Shown here one piece after another: positions 18,012-27,687 of a DNA stretch of 64,000 nucleotides. Made by a program: the position numbers and the translations under genes. Location: the NCBI GenBank assembly GCA_049644605.1, contig JBARSF010000007.1, positions 5,164 to 69,163 on the forward strand. The letters run 5' to 3'. Origin of the DNA: Anaerolineales bacterium (lineage in GTDB: Bacteria; Chloroflexota; Anaerolineae; Anaerolineales; UBA11858). Each line of letters starts with the position of its first letter. Position 1 is the first letter of the stretch. The notes under the pieces are model-generated. The model was not told the DNA's origin. It did no database searches and saw nothing but the letters and a program-made list of their open reading frames with translations.

Positions 18012-19528
18012 ATGCGAAACGAAAGCTCCCCAGTATTACTAAATTTATACTACCCCGACTGGGCGAAATACTCTTTGTTTCCATATTTGCCGCGTTAATA
18101 GGGCTGGGTCCCAGACTGATGAATCTTGATGGAGATTTGGGACGTCATATTACTCTGGGTGATCATATCATAACCAGCCGATCGATCCCAACTGAGGATA
18201 TTTTCTCTCATACAAAGTTAGGAGACCCGTTAACTCCCCATGAATGGCTTGCTGATGTAGTTTTTGCAGTGGTTCATAGGGCTGCAGGATTAAATGGTGT
18301 TGTTTGGTTGACAGCTCTCGTAGGTGGATTAACTTTTTGGTGGGTATATCAGCACAGCTTAAACCTCAGCAGCATGTCTTTACTGGCAGTAGCAGGAACA
18401 GTGTTGGCCGCTGCAGCATCAAGTCTGCACTGGCTGGCGAGACCGCATATATTTACCATATTTTTAGTAACTATATGGACTGCTGAACTCGAAAAAATGC
18501 GCCTGGGTATAAGGAAAGATTGGTTTGTTTTCCCTTTGGTTATGCTCTTATGGGTCAACGTTCACGGTGCATTCTTGGCCGGGATAATGATATGGGGTAT
18601 GTACTTTACAGGACTGCTGCTGGACCGAAATTTTCCCTGGGAGCGGATAAAGTCATTTCTATGGATAGGAATAAGCTCCTTAGCAGTTACGTTGTTAAAC
18701 CCTGACGGGATTGGCATTTGGAAAACGGGATTTGGTTTTTTGGGAAATCAATATTTAGTTAGCCACACGGTTGAATACTTACCACCAGATTTTCAACAAC
18801 CTGGAACATGGCCATTTTTAATCTTGATTATTTTGACTGTTGGAATCTTAGCGAGTTCAAAAAAGAAACTAAAAACTCCCCATGTATTCCTGATCGCTGG
18901 TTGGACTGCAATGGCTCTGTATTCTGCCAGGAATATACCCCTCTACGCTGTAACAACCGTACCGATTCTGGTATCAGTAACGGCTGATATTGTAGGGGAT
19001 CAAAAATCCGCAATATTTTCACGGAAATTGATAAGTTTTCAAGAAGGATTGATGGGAATTGAAAAAGAACTAAAAAGTGGTTTTTGGTCCATAGTTACGT
19101 TAATAATGGCTGGCCTGCTGTTGATATCAGGATATCAATTGGATTTTCAAAAAAAGGGAAATATATTTCTTGAAAACGTATTTCCTGTCGACGCGGTAAA
19201 TTGGATGGTTGACAATCCCCCTCAAGGTGATGGATTTAACTACTTTCCATGGGGAGGTTATCTACTTTACCGAATTTGGCCGGAAAAGCTGGTTTTTATC
19301 GATGGGCAAACAGATTTTTATGGTGAGGAACTTACCCGAAAATACGAGCAGGTATTCACGGTTTCTGATGGCTGGGAAAACGTGTTCCAGGAATATAAAA
19401 TACAGTGGGTTCTTATGCCTGCCCAATCAAAGCTTATTATGCATCTTGAATCACTTGGCGAGTGGCAAATTACCTATCAGGACCCTGAAGCTATCCTTAT
19501 GATCCTAAAAGAAAGTCAAGGAAAATAA
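18008..19528 (+). CDS. polytopic membrane protein, uncharacterised GT-C-like family (paralogue A)
   Basis: 506 aa. The GTG start overlaps the upstream stop (GTGA). Shares LDGDLGRH, WVNVHGAF, LNPDGIGIW, EYLPPDFQQP and FIDGQTDFYGEE motifs with the next gene. Confidence 0.65.
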   Translation: MNAKRKLPSITKFILPRLGEILFVSIFAALIGLGPRLMNLDGDLGRHITLGDHIITSRSIPTEDIFSHTKLGDPLTPHEWLADVVFAVVHRAAGLNGVVWLTALVGGLTFWWVYQHSLNLSSMSLLAVAGTVLAAAASSLHWLARPHIFTIFLVTIWTAELEKMRLGIRKDWFVFPLVMLLWVNVHGAFLAGIMIWGMYFTGLLLDRNFPWERIKSFLWIGISSLAVTLLNPDGIGIWKTGFGFLGNQYLVSHTVEYLPPDFQQPGTWPFLILIILTVGILASSKKKLKTPHVFLIAGWTAMALYSARNIPLYAVTTVPILVSVTADIVGDQKSAIFSRKLISFQEGLMGIEKELKSGFWSIVTLIMAGLLLISGYQLDFQKKGNIFLENVFPVDAVNWMVDNPPQGDGFNYFPWGGYLLYRIWPEKLVFIDGQTDFYGEELTRKYEQVFTVSDGWENVFQEYKIQWVLMPAQSKLIMHLESLGEWQITYQDPEAILMILKESQGK

Positions 19529-19568
19529 ATAAACCTGGAACCTGAAGATTCCAGGCTAAAGGATATAT

Positions 19569-21062
19569 ATGACTTGGATAAAAGGCGACCGTTTCTATAT
19601 ATTAGTCATGCTCTTGCTGATCTTGATTATAGCCATCAGGGCACCATTGGATACTGACATGTGGTGGCATTTAAGGGCTGGTGAAGAAACCTGGAACAAC
19701 AGATCAGTATATATGGAAGATACTTTGTCTTATACTCGCGCAGGGGAAGCTTGGATAAACCACAGCTGGTTAGCCCAAGTGTTTATGATCGGGCTATATA
19801 AATTGGGTGAGTTTAAAGCACTTTCTCTTTGGGTGGGAGTGGGGGCAGTATTATGTATGTATTTTGTATATCTGCAAATGGAAGGGCAAACCTTGTTGAA
19901 GGTGGGTCTCGTTCTTTTTGCATCTTTTGTCTGCAGCGTGGTTTGGTCTCCAAGACCTCAAATGTTTTCATTAATAATGTTCGCCTTATGCGGATTACTA
20001 TTATATCGATACCAGAAAAATAAATCTTCCGTGCTCATCTGGCTGCTGCCTGTATTTATTCTTTGGTCAAACATGCATGGAGGGTACGTACTGGGAATTA
20101 TTTTGATTGGAACGCAGGTGGGGGGAGAAATATTAAACAAAATACTTGGGGAAGAATCCGAGGATTCTTTTAGCTGGAAAGAGATTGGCCTTTTAGCAAT
20201 TTGGGGAGTTGTGGGTTTTGGGTCTGCAGCAATAAATCCAAATGGAATTAACATGTGGAAAATCCCGTTTCAAACCATAGGTGTAGAGACACTACAGAAC
20301 CTGATCAAGGAATGGGCTTCCCCGGATTTCCATCAACCTGTTCAACAATTACTGTTAATTTTATTATTTGGCACTTTCGCTGCTGTAGGTTTATCAAAAA
20401 AGCGGTTGGACGGCAAGGAACTGGTGAGCTTTATTGTTTTTGGCATACTAGCGCTAATTGCAAGAAGAAACTTTGCTCCTTTTGCAATCGTGGCGGCTCC
20501 AGTTTTAGCAAGACATTTATCCATTATTACTACCAGCTGGACATCACGCATGGCTGGACGTTGGGAGTTTATTAAAACCCTGCAAAAATATCAACATCAA
20601 TCCGAACAGAACATCAACAAATCACTGCAATTTTTTGTGAATCTAAGCGCTGTCTTGCTGTTAGTTGCCGGGGCGGGATATAAATGGATATCAGTTTCAT
20701 CAACAGACTTCATCGAAAGGACAGAGGAGAAAATATTCCCGGTTGGAGCAGTTTCTTATCTTAAGGAAAAAAAACCACCTGGACGCCTATTTAATGCATA
20801 TAACTGGGGCGGATATCTCACCTGGAGATTGCCTGAATATCAGGTTTTTGTGGACGGGAGAACTGATTTATTTGGTGATGAAATTATTTTGGAGTGGTTA
20901 AAAATTGTGAATGCTGACAATATGTGGCAAAAAACGCTGGAGGACTGGAATATAAACACAATTCTTGTTGAAAAAAACCAACCCATAATAAAAGTACTAG
21001 AGGCAAATGGATGGCGGGAAGTTTATATCGATAACTTGAGTACAATTTATCAAAAAGAATGA
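19569..21062 (+). CDS. polytopic membrane protein, uncharacterised GT-C-like family (paralogue B)
   Basis: 497 aa. Motifs LDTDMWWH, WSNMHGGY, INPNGINMW, EWASPDFHQP and FVDGRTDLFGDE are collinear with paralogue A. Confidence 0.65.
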   Translation: MTWIKGDRFYILVMLLLILIIAIRAPLDTDMWWHLRAGEETWNNRSVYMEDTLSYTRAGEAWINHSWLAQVFMIGLYKLGEFKALSLWVGVGAVLCMYFVYLQMEGQTLLKVGLVLFASFVCSVVWSPRPQMFSLIMFALCGLLLYRYQKNKSSVLIWLLPVFILWSNMHGGYVLGIILIGTQVGGEILNKILGEESEDSFSWKEIGLLAIWGVVGFGSAAINPNGINMWKIPFQTIGVETLQNLIKEWASPDFHQPVQQLLLILLFGTFAAVGLSKKRLDGKELVSFIVFGILALIARRNFAPFAIVAAPVLARHLSIITTSWTSRMAGRWEFIKTLQKYQHQSEQNINKSLQFFVNLSAVLLLVAGAGYKWISVSSTDFIERTEEKIFPVGAVSYLKEKKPPGRLFNAYNWGGYLTWRLPEYQVFVDGRTDLFGDEIILEWLKIVNADNMWQKTLEDWNINTILVEKNQPIIKVLEANGWREVYIDNLSTIYQKE

Positions 21063-21109
21063 ATTGAATAAAAACGAATTTGAAAACGGTCTCGTGAACA
21101 TAAAAGTTT

Positions 21110-23491
21110 ATGAATAAGAGAAAACAAATCCAGGCCAAAACAAATATCAACTGGAAGTTTATCATTCAAAACGGATTGGCTTTCTGTTTTTTTATATACT
21201 TGATCTTTTTCGGCGGCAGAGGGGATAAAATTGCCAAGAATATGATTATTACCCAAGGAAATATCATCTTATTTGCCTCTCTATTCATTGTATTCCTTCT
21301 TTATTTTCTTGTTTCTGGAAGAAAGGTAACCGAGCCCGTTTTCACGACCTATTATTTATTATTTTTAGGAGCAGCAGGTGTCTCAGTAATTTTATCGAAT
21401 GATTTTTGGCAATCGATAAATGAGTATTATTTATGGGGACTGTATTTCATCTTATTTTTCGGTTTTCTTAACCTTCATATCTATGGATTGAATCGTATCG
21501 AATTATTGGACAACCTCCTTTTTGTAGGTGGAATATACAATCTGATAAAAATTTTCCGGACTTTAAGCTGGGGCAGCCGCTGGATAATCAATAGCGAACA
21601 AGGGTATAAGGCTTTATTGAATTACAGAACCAGTTCGCCGAACCTGGCCGCTGCAGTTGCGAATTTGATTCTGATGGTATCTCTAGCCTACCTCATTTCA
21701 ACAAAGAATAAAGCGAAGAGGATATTTTATAGCTACCTATTGGTGAGTTCAATACTAGTGGTATCAATAACATCTTCCCGGGCCGGAATTGTAGCTATGT
21801 TTGCAGGATGCGTAATCGTAATCATCATGAGCGTAATCAAGAATAAGTCACAGATTAGGGATTATTGGGAAAAATACAAACTGATAGTTTACGCTCTTGG
21901 GCTGGTGTTTTTCTTTATTGGCTGGCGTTTTTTAGCTTCGGTGTTTGATCCGAGTCGAACGGGACTTGAAGGGAGATTTGAGTATTGGTCTGTTGCTGTG
22001 CAGACTTTTTTAGAGAATCCAGTTTTCGGTTCAGGGCTATATACCTTTGGTAATCAGCTTAATTCAATTTTGTCTGTCCCTCCTGACTATATTCATTCCC
22101 ACTCCCACAATATATTTTTAAATATCCTGGCTGAACTGGGGTTAGTTGGATTTGGTTTGTTGATAACTTTTCTTATTAAGGTAGTCGCGAATTTAGTGAA
22201 GAGGTACCGACAAGAAAATGACTATCTTGCCCTGGGCACCTTGGGCGGCTTAGGGTCAATAATTACTCATGGCTGTTTTGACACTTTGTATGTTGAGCCT
22301 TATTTGTCCATGATAGGGATTAGCATTCTTGGATTATCCTTAGCCCCAGTTGATATTCTCGATTCCACACAAAAACCAATCATGCGCTCAAAATCCGCCT
22401 GGTTTATCTTGGCAATCTTGGCTCTTGGATGTCTGTTATATTATCAAAGGATTCCTCTTGAACACGCGATAATAGCATCCGCCAGCAATGCGGAACAAGC
22501 AGTGGAGTATTTTGATGAGTTTATTAGAAGAAAACCAGGGAATGCACTTGCTTATCAGCAGCGTGCTATAACTACAAGTATACTCGCTGCAAAAAATCAA
22601 AATCAGCCCGACCTGCTTTTAAAGGGAATTGAAGATTTTGAATACGCGATAGAGAAGGATCCTACATGGTCAGTTAATTACGGAAATTTGGGCGTGTTAT
22701 ACGCTAGTAAAGGCGATTACGAGCGGGCTTTAGAATTATTGGACCAAGCCGTGAGGATAGCTCCTCGTTCTCAACTGATGATATTAAATAAAGCAGTTAT
22801 TGCTGAGGCGGCTGGATTGAATGATTTGGCGGAAACCTGTTATTGGGATTACCTATACCTTGATGAAAGTTGGGACTTAGGCCCTTTTTGGAAACAAACT
22901 AATTTACGTAAAAAGATATATATAGAAGCCCAAGCGATACAAGCAATGAACCTGAGCCAAGTAAAAAGCTTTGAATATTACGCCTTAATATCGCCAGGAA
23001 CTATTTTTAGCAAACCTCATCAATATCTAGCACAACACTATTTAGAACAAGGAAACTTTAAACAGGCGAGAAAAGAGGCAAATCTTGCGGAATTAGGGAT
23101 CCAAAGCAGCAGGATACAAGCTCTTGATTTATTATGGATAAAGGCAAATTTGGAAATAAAGGCCGGAAACACTGAAAAAGGATTATATTTTGGGCAATCT
23201 GCCATCAATGGCTGGTTATACCAATCCGCTCAAGGCCCAGGAACTTATGGGCAATCTAAATATGGTGAAAGGCTGTACAGAAGCCCAACTCTGGACTCTG
23301 AGCTAGTTCCCCAATTTGTGCTAAAGCCAATCCCGGCATCGTGGATCGAGCGGATGGTAGAGATCGGAAGATGGTATCTGGATGAAGACAATAGAGAAGG
23401 AGCGAGAAGTATATTGGAAGAAGTTGTAAAACAGGTCAGCGATCATCAGGAAGCAATTATGTTATTAACCGAACTTGATTCTATGGAATAA
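21110..23491 (+). CDS. O-antigen ligase/polymerase-like (Wzy_C domain) membrane protein fused to C-terminal TPR repeats
   Basis: 793 aa. Wzy_C-type motif SSRAGIVA ... HSHSHNIFLNILAELGLVGF. The C-terminal ~330 aa is TPR-like (YQQRAI..., NLGVLYASKGDYERALELLDQAVRIAP). Confidence 0.8.
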   Translation: MNKRKQIQAKTNINWKFIIQNGLAFCFFIYLIFFGGRGDKIAKNMIITQGNIILFASLFIVFLLYFLVSGRKVTEPVFTTYYLLFLGAAGVSVILSNDFWQSINEYYLWGLYFILFFGFLNLHIYGLNRIELLDNLLFVGGIYNLIKIFRTLSWGSRWIINSEQGYKALLNYRTSSPNLAAAVANLILMVSLAYLISTKNKAKRIFYSYLLVSSILVVSITSSRAGIVAMFAGCVIVIIMSVIKNKSQIRDYWEKYKLIVYALGLVFFFIGWRFLASVFDPSRTGLEGRFEYWSVAVQTFLENPVFGSGLYTFGNQLNSILSVPPDYIHSHSHNIFLNILAELGLVGFGLLITFLIKVVANLVKRYRQENDYLALGTLGGLGSIITHGCFDTLYVEPYLSMIGISILGLSLAPVDILDSTQKPIMRSKSAWFILAILALGCLLYYQRIPLEHAIIASASNAEQAVEYFDEFIRRKPGNALAYQQRAITTSILAAKNQNQPDLLLKGIEDFEYAIEKDPTWSVNYGNLGVLYASKGDYERALELLDQAVRIAPRSQLMILNKAVIAEAAGLNDLAETCYWDYLYLDESWDLGPFWKQTNLRKKIYIEAQAIQAMNLSQVKSFEYYALISPGTIFSKPHQYLAQHYLEQGNFKQARKEANLAELGIQSSRIQALDLLWIKANLEIKAGNTEKGLYFGQSAINGWLYQSAQGPGTYGQSKYGERLYRSPTLDSELVPQFVLKPIPASWIERMVEIGRWYLDEDNREGARSILEEVVKQVSDHQEAIMLLTELDSME

Positions 23492-23493
23492 AA

Positions 23494-25122
23494 ATGTCAA
23501 ATGAAATAGGAAACGAGAAAAAATATAAAAAATTCTTCGACTTGTTAACTCGACGAGAGGTAGATTATTTCATCATGGCAATTGTCTTAATTATTGCCTG
23601 TTATGTAAGATTTGCCAATCTATCTATTAACCCAGGTTGGTATAGCGACGAAGGAACACTGGTTGATATCGCTATAAATTTACTGGAGGGAAAAAACCAA
23701 TATCTTGTGATCAATCAATCAACTTTATTGGCTGCTCGCCTACCTGTATTTCCAATGTTGCTGGCGGGAATATTTGCTGTTGCTGAGCCTGGAATCACAA
23801 CCTTGCGCTTTACTACAGCCATATTGAGCGTGATTACTATAGGCTTACTCTATTGGGTTGTGCGAGATATTCTCGGTAAAGAACGGTCTTATCTGGCGAT
23901 AGGGGCAGCTTTTTTCCTGGCAATTTACCCTGAAGCCATTCTTTACAGCCGTTTAGGCTTCAGCTACAACTTGTTAGCCCCATTGGTAGTAGGGATGGTC
24001 TGGTTTCTTTGGAAGTACCTTGAAACCAACAATTTGAAATGGATCCTGCTTGCCAGCCTATTGGTTGGAATTGGTTCAGTGTCGGACTTAATGATGTTTA
24101 CGGTGGCACCCATTGTAGTACTAATCGCCTTTATTAAAAGCTGGAAGGACTCAATCTTGTCAGCAGGAGTAATTGTTCTGCCATTCATTTTATATTCTTT
24201 AGGTATGCTGAGCTTCTCTAAAGAAGCCTTCCTGTTTGATTTCAAATTCACATTTTTTCGGCTGGGGGAAATCCCTTTGGCGGCTCAATACCCGTACATA
24301 ATTTTTAATTACGCAGTCATACTCCTAAAAGATTTTTGGTGGAGCCTGGCGATTATTGGTATGTTCCTGATACCTGAAAAGAGATTCAGAGATCTTTCGC
24401 TGGTGGTGTTTTTTATGCCCCTGACTTTATTAGCAAGAACTGCATCGCTTCCTGGTTTGGGATTTTATTATTTAATTCCATTATTCCCTATGATTGCTCT
24501 CGGCGCCGTATCCTTGGTCGCTGCTGGGACACCCTACGCATTAAGTATTATTCGACGAGGGCTTGAAATTTTTTTGGATGTTTTTATCAAATTGGACCAG
24601 AAGGGGAAACTGGAGTCAATCTGGAAACCAATTATTCTGGTTGTTTCGAGTTTGGTGTTATTTTTGGTCGTATTTTCGCCATTTGTAATTTCTTTGTCTC
24701 TGGGAGTTTATCAAGCTCGGACTGGTTTAAGGACGGATATTGATCCAGTGATGGTTAACGTACAAGACGCTCAACGGACTATCTCATTTATAAATAAAAG
24801 AATAGACCCGGAAGATGTAGTGCTCGCCTCACCTGCTTTGGCTTGGGCAATAGAATCAAGAGCAGCAGATTTTCAAATGGCAATTGCTGCTGAGGGTGGC
24901 GAAACACAACATTTTCCCACTGATATCCCCTCTGATCGATTTGAATTCAACCCCGAATATGGACAGGTGGATTATGTGATTATTGATCCAATTTGGATAA
25001 ATTGGGCGGTGCCGAACATGCCTGAAGTGGCTGAGATGGTTCAGGATGTAAAAAATTGGCCAAAAATATATCATTCCGGACTTGTCGAGATATATGAGAA
25101 TCCTGAAAAGGATAATAAATGA
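23494..25122 (+). CDS. GT39/ArnT-like membrane glycosyltransferase
   Basis: 542 aa, polytopic. Loop-1 motif NPGWYSDEGTLVDIAINLL. Starts 2 nt after the upstream stop. Confidence 0.75.
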   Translation: MSNEIGNEKKYKKFFDLLTRREVDYFIMAIVLIIACYVRFANLSINPGWYSDEGTLVDIAINLLEGKNQYLVINQSTLLAARLPVFPMLLAGIFAVAEPGITTLRFTTAILSVITIGLLYWVVRDILGKERSYLAIGAAFFLAIYPEAILYSRLGFSYNLLAPLVVGMVWFLWKYLETNNLKWILLASLLVGIGSVSDLMMFTVAPIVVLIAFIKSWKDSILSAGVIVLPFILYSLGMLSFSKEAFLFDFKFTFFRLGEIPLAAQYPYIIFNYAVILLKDFWWSLAIIGMFLIPEKRFRDLSLVVFFMPLTLLARTASLPGLGFYYLIPLFPMIALGAVSLVAAGTPYALSIIRRGLEIFLDVFIKLDQKGKLESIWKPIILVVSSLVLFLVVFSPFVISLSLGVYQARTGLRTDIDPVMVNVQDAQRTISFINKRIDPEDVVLASPALAWAIESRAADFQMAIAAEGGETQHFPTDIPSDRFEFNPEYGQVDYVIIDPIWINWAVPNMPEVAEMVQDVKNWPKIYHSGLVEIYENPEKDNK

Positions 25123-26300
25123 GAAAGACAACAAAAAACAAGAAGCTGTTGTGGACTGATTTGTCCTGGCCGGTGATCTTTACTGCAGCGAGATTAATTC
25201 TCCTAATTTCTCTTCCCCTGGAAGCGATTAGATCGTATGGGGATTATTGGAACTTTTATCATCAAGCTGGTTTAGGAATACCTTTCTGGGATTATTGGAC
25301 TGAATTTCCTCCTATCTTCCCTTTCCTGGCTTATTTGGTAGAGTGGTTTTCTGTTGGTAAAGCCCATGCTTTTGATTATTTACTTTATTTGCTCTTTACT
25401 ATATTTCAGGCTGGTTCAATTTACTTATTTGTTCTTATTCGGAAGAAAATAAGACCGGTTTCAAATATGAATTATCGTGATTTAGTCTATTTTATTATCA
25501 GCCTTGTTCTGTTTTACAGTTGGAGTTATTTTGATCCCATTGCTGTGTTCTTCTTGCTGCTGGGTGTTTATTGGCTTATGAGAGGAAAAAATATCCCCGC
25601 GATGGCGGCAGTCTCGGCTGGCATACTAACAAAATGGTTCCCTATCTTGATCCTGCCGGCCATGTGGAAAATTAGAGGTCCCAAAAAAGCGCTGAAGCTA
25701 ACTCTGCTGGCGATTGGAATTGTGATTATTGTATGGGGTTTATTATTTGCCCTGAACCCACTAATGACAAAAGCCTCACTATCGTCTCAGGCCAATAAAG
25801 GGTCCTGGGAGTCTGCTTGGGCTTTACTGGATAAAAATATCAGGACGGGAAATTTTGGTCCAGAAATAGATCGACTTGATCCTGCAACAGCTGCTGTTCA
25901 AACGGGCAACCCTCCAGTAATCCCTTCCTGGATAACGTTGATTGTTTTTGGAGGGTTTGGAGTAATTTTATTGCTCAAGGCGGAAAATCAAGCAGATGAC
26001 TGGATTATCCCCTTTATAGGATTATCACTGGTAATTTTGTTCTTATGGAGCCCTGGTTACAGTCCGCAGTGGATCCTGTATTTACTTCCATTTATTTTGC
26101 TATCACTTCCAGAAAGGGAAGCTTGCTTGATGGCAGCAGTCCTGGTGTTAATTAATTTATTAGAATGGCCAGTTTTATTATCCAGGGGGTACTTTTGGAG
26201 CTTGTATTATTTAATTCCCCTGCGTACCCTATTAATGATTTTGCTAGGCGCGCGATTTTACCAGCAGTCGCGGATAAATATTTCGCTGGAAAAAAGGTAA
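25119..26300 (+). CDS. polytopic membrane protein, DUF2029/GT87-like
   Basis: 393 aa. 4-nt overlap with the upstream gene. N-terminal loop YGDYWNFYHQAGLGIPFWDYWTEFPPIFPFL resembles the D...Y...Y-P-P pattern of GT87-type mannosyltransferases (from memory). Confidence 0.55.
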   Translation: MRKTTKNKKLLWTDLSWPVIFTAARLILLISLPLEAIRSYGDYWNFYHQAGLGIPFWDYWTEFPPIFPFLAYLVEWFSVGKAHAFDYLLYLLFTIFQAGSIYLFVLIRKKIRPVSNMNYRDLVYFIISLVLFYSWSYFDPIAVFFLLLGVYWLMRGKNIPAMAAVSAGILTKWFPILILPAMWKIRGPKKALKLTLLAIGIVIIVWGLLFALNPLMTKASLSSQANKGSWESAWALLDKNIRTGNFGPEIDRLDPATAAVQTGNPPVIPSWITLIVFGGFGVILLLKAENQADDWIIPFIGLSLVILFLWSPGYSPQWILYLLPFILLSLPEREACLMAAVLVLINLLEWPVLLSRGYFWSLYYLIPLRTLLMILLGARFYQQSRINISLEKR

Positions 26301-26306
26301 AACTTT

Positions 26307-27551
26307 GTGTCACAGAAAATGAACCACACAATACGGTGGGTGCTATTCCTGATCTTGGGAGCGGTGGTCATTGGTGGTTTAACCTGGGTAAATTTAGCAT
26401 ATGTAAAGACCAATCCTCAAGCAGGTAATTTTTTAGTTCAATACATTGGGACGAGGTCGCTTCTCATCGAAAGGGTTAGCCCCTACAGTGATGAAGTTTC
26501 AGAACGTATTCTAAACGCGCCTTTTGGGCGCTCAGCTGAGGTGGGAGATGGAGAAAGGGTGTTTGACTATCCCCTCTATTCGATTCTTATCTTTGCCCCA
26601 TTTTCACTGCTAAAGAATTTTCAACTAACGAGAGCTATTTGGATGACCGTCCTTGAGTTAGCGTTAGTGGCCATGACATTTATTGGGATGGATAATGCTG
26701 ATTGGAAACCAAATCTTATGCTTCAGGGGGTGCTGCTGTTGTTTTCAATAACCTGGTATCATGCAGCTCGGGCGGTAACCAATGGAAACGCAGCTATTCT
26801 GGTTGCTCTTTTTATTACGGTCTCCTTCAATTTAATAAAGAATAATAATGATCGGTTAGCTGGCCTGCTATTGGCATTCACAACGGTTAAACCGCTTCTG
26901 GTAGTGGGATTAATACCCTATATAATTCTTTGGGCTATATATCAAAAGCGCTGGTCTTTAATTTCCTGGTTTTTCACCACCCTGGCAGCGCTGATCATTA
27001 TTGGGGTCACCTTTATCCCAAATTGGATTCTACAGAATATCTGGGAGATACTTAAATCTGCAGAAATTAACCCTGTCAATACCCTTGCTCTCGTAATCGC
27101 TGAGTGGGTGCCTGGCGTGGAGGAACAACTAAAATGGGGAATATTCCTTGGTTTGGGGATATTGTTATTAATTGAATGGTGGACCGGGAGAGTAGGGCGC
27201 TTTAAGCGTTTTTTATGGACAGCCTCCTTAACCTTGGTTGCAAGCCAATGGATTGGCATTCAGGCAGATCCGAAAAACTTTATTGTCCTCTTTCCGGTTT
27301 TGATACTGATTTTATCCGTTTGGAATAAACGGTGGGAAGGGCAAGGAACACTAATTGTGGGTACGATTTTAGCAATATTATTCATTGGGTTATGGGCACT
27401 TGTAATACTAACAACTAATTTACCTCATGGCCAGCAAGTTCAAAAAACCTTTTTATTTTTCCCACTTCCAGTAATTTTAGTAATTGGGTTGTACTGGATT
27501 AAATGGTGGGTCATAACACCGGTAAGATCACTTTGGGAAGGAGAAAGATAG
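26307..27551 (+). CDS. polytopic membrane protein, DUF2029/GT87-like
   Basis: 414 aa with a GTG start. Loop SPYSDEV...FDYPLYSILIFAPF and FTTVKPLL. Last gene of the + strand cluster. Confidence 0.55.
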   Translation: MSQKMNHTIRWVLFLILGAVVIGGLTWVNLAYVKTNPQAGNFLVQYIGTRSLLIERVSPYSDEVSERILNAPFGRSAEVGDGERVFDYPLYSILIFAPFSLLKNFQLTRAIWMTVLELALVAMTFIGMDNADWKPNLMLQGVLLLFSITWYHAARAVTNGNAAILVALFITVSFNLIKNNNDRLAGLLLAFTTVKPLLVVGLIPYIILWAIYQKRWSLISWFFTTLAALIIIGVTFIPNWILQNIWEILKSAEINPVNTLALVIAEWVPGVEEQLKWGIFLGLGILLLIEWWTGRVGRFKRFLWTASLTLVASQWIGIQADPKNFIVLFPVLILILSVWNKRWEGQGTLIVGTILAILFIGLWALVILTTNLPHGQQVQKTFLFFPLPVILVIGLYWIKWWVITPVRSLWEGER

Positions 27552-27619
27552 GTGGCAAAAAAAAGGGATATTCTTTATTGAGAGGATTAAATCTCTTGGT
27601 TTGATGGCCTTCCTGACGA

Positions 27620-27648
27620 TTGCTTGAGGAGGTCACCTATGCTATACT
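27620..27648 (+). promoter_or_regulatory. candidate sigma-70-type promoter for the kinase gene
   Basis: TTGCTT (27620-27625) - 17 nt - TATACT (27643-27648). Confidence 0.4.
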
Positions 27649-27687
27649 CTCAAGGTAGATATGCTTGAACGATCAGGAGTAAATAAT

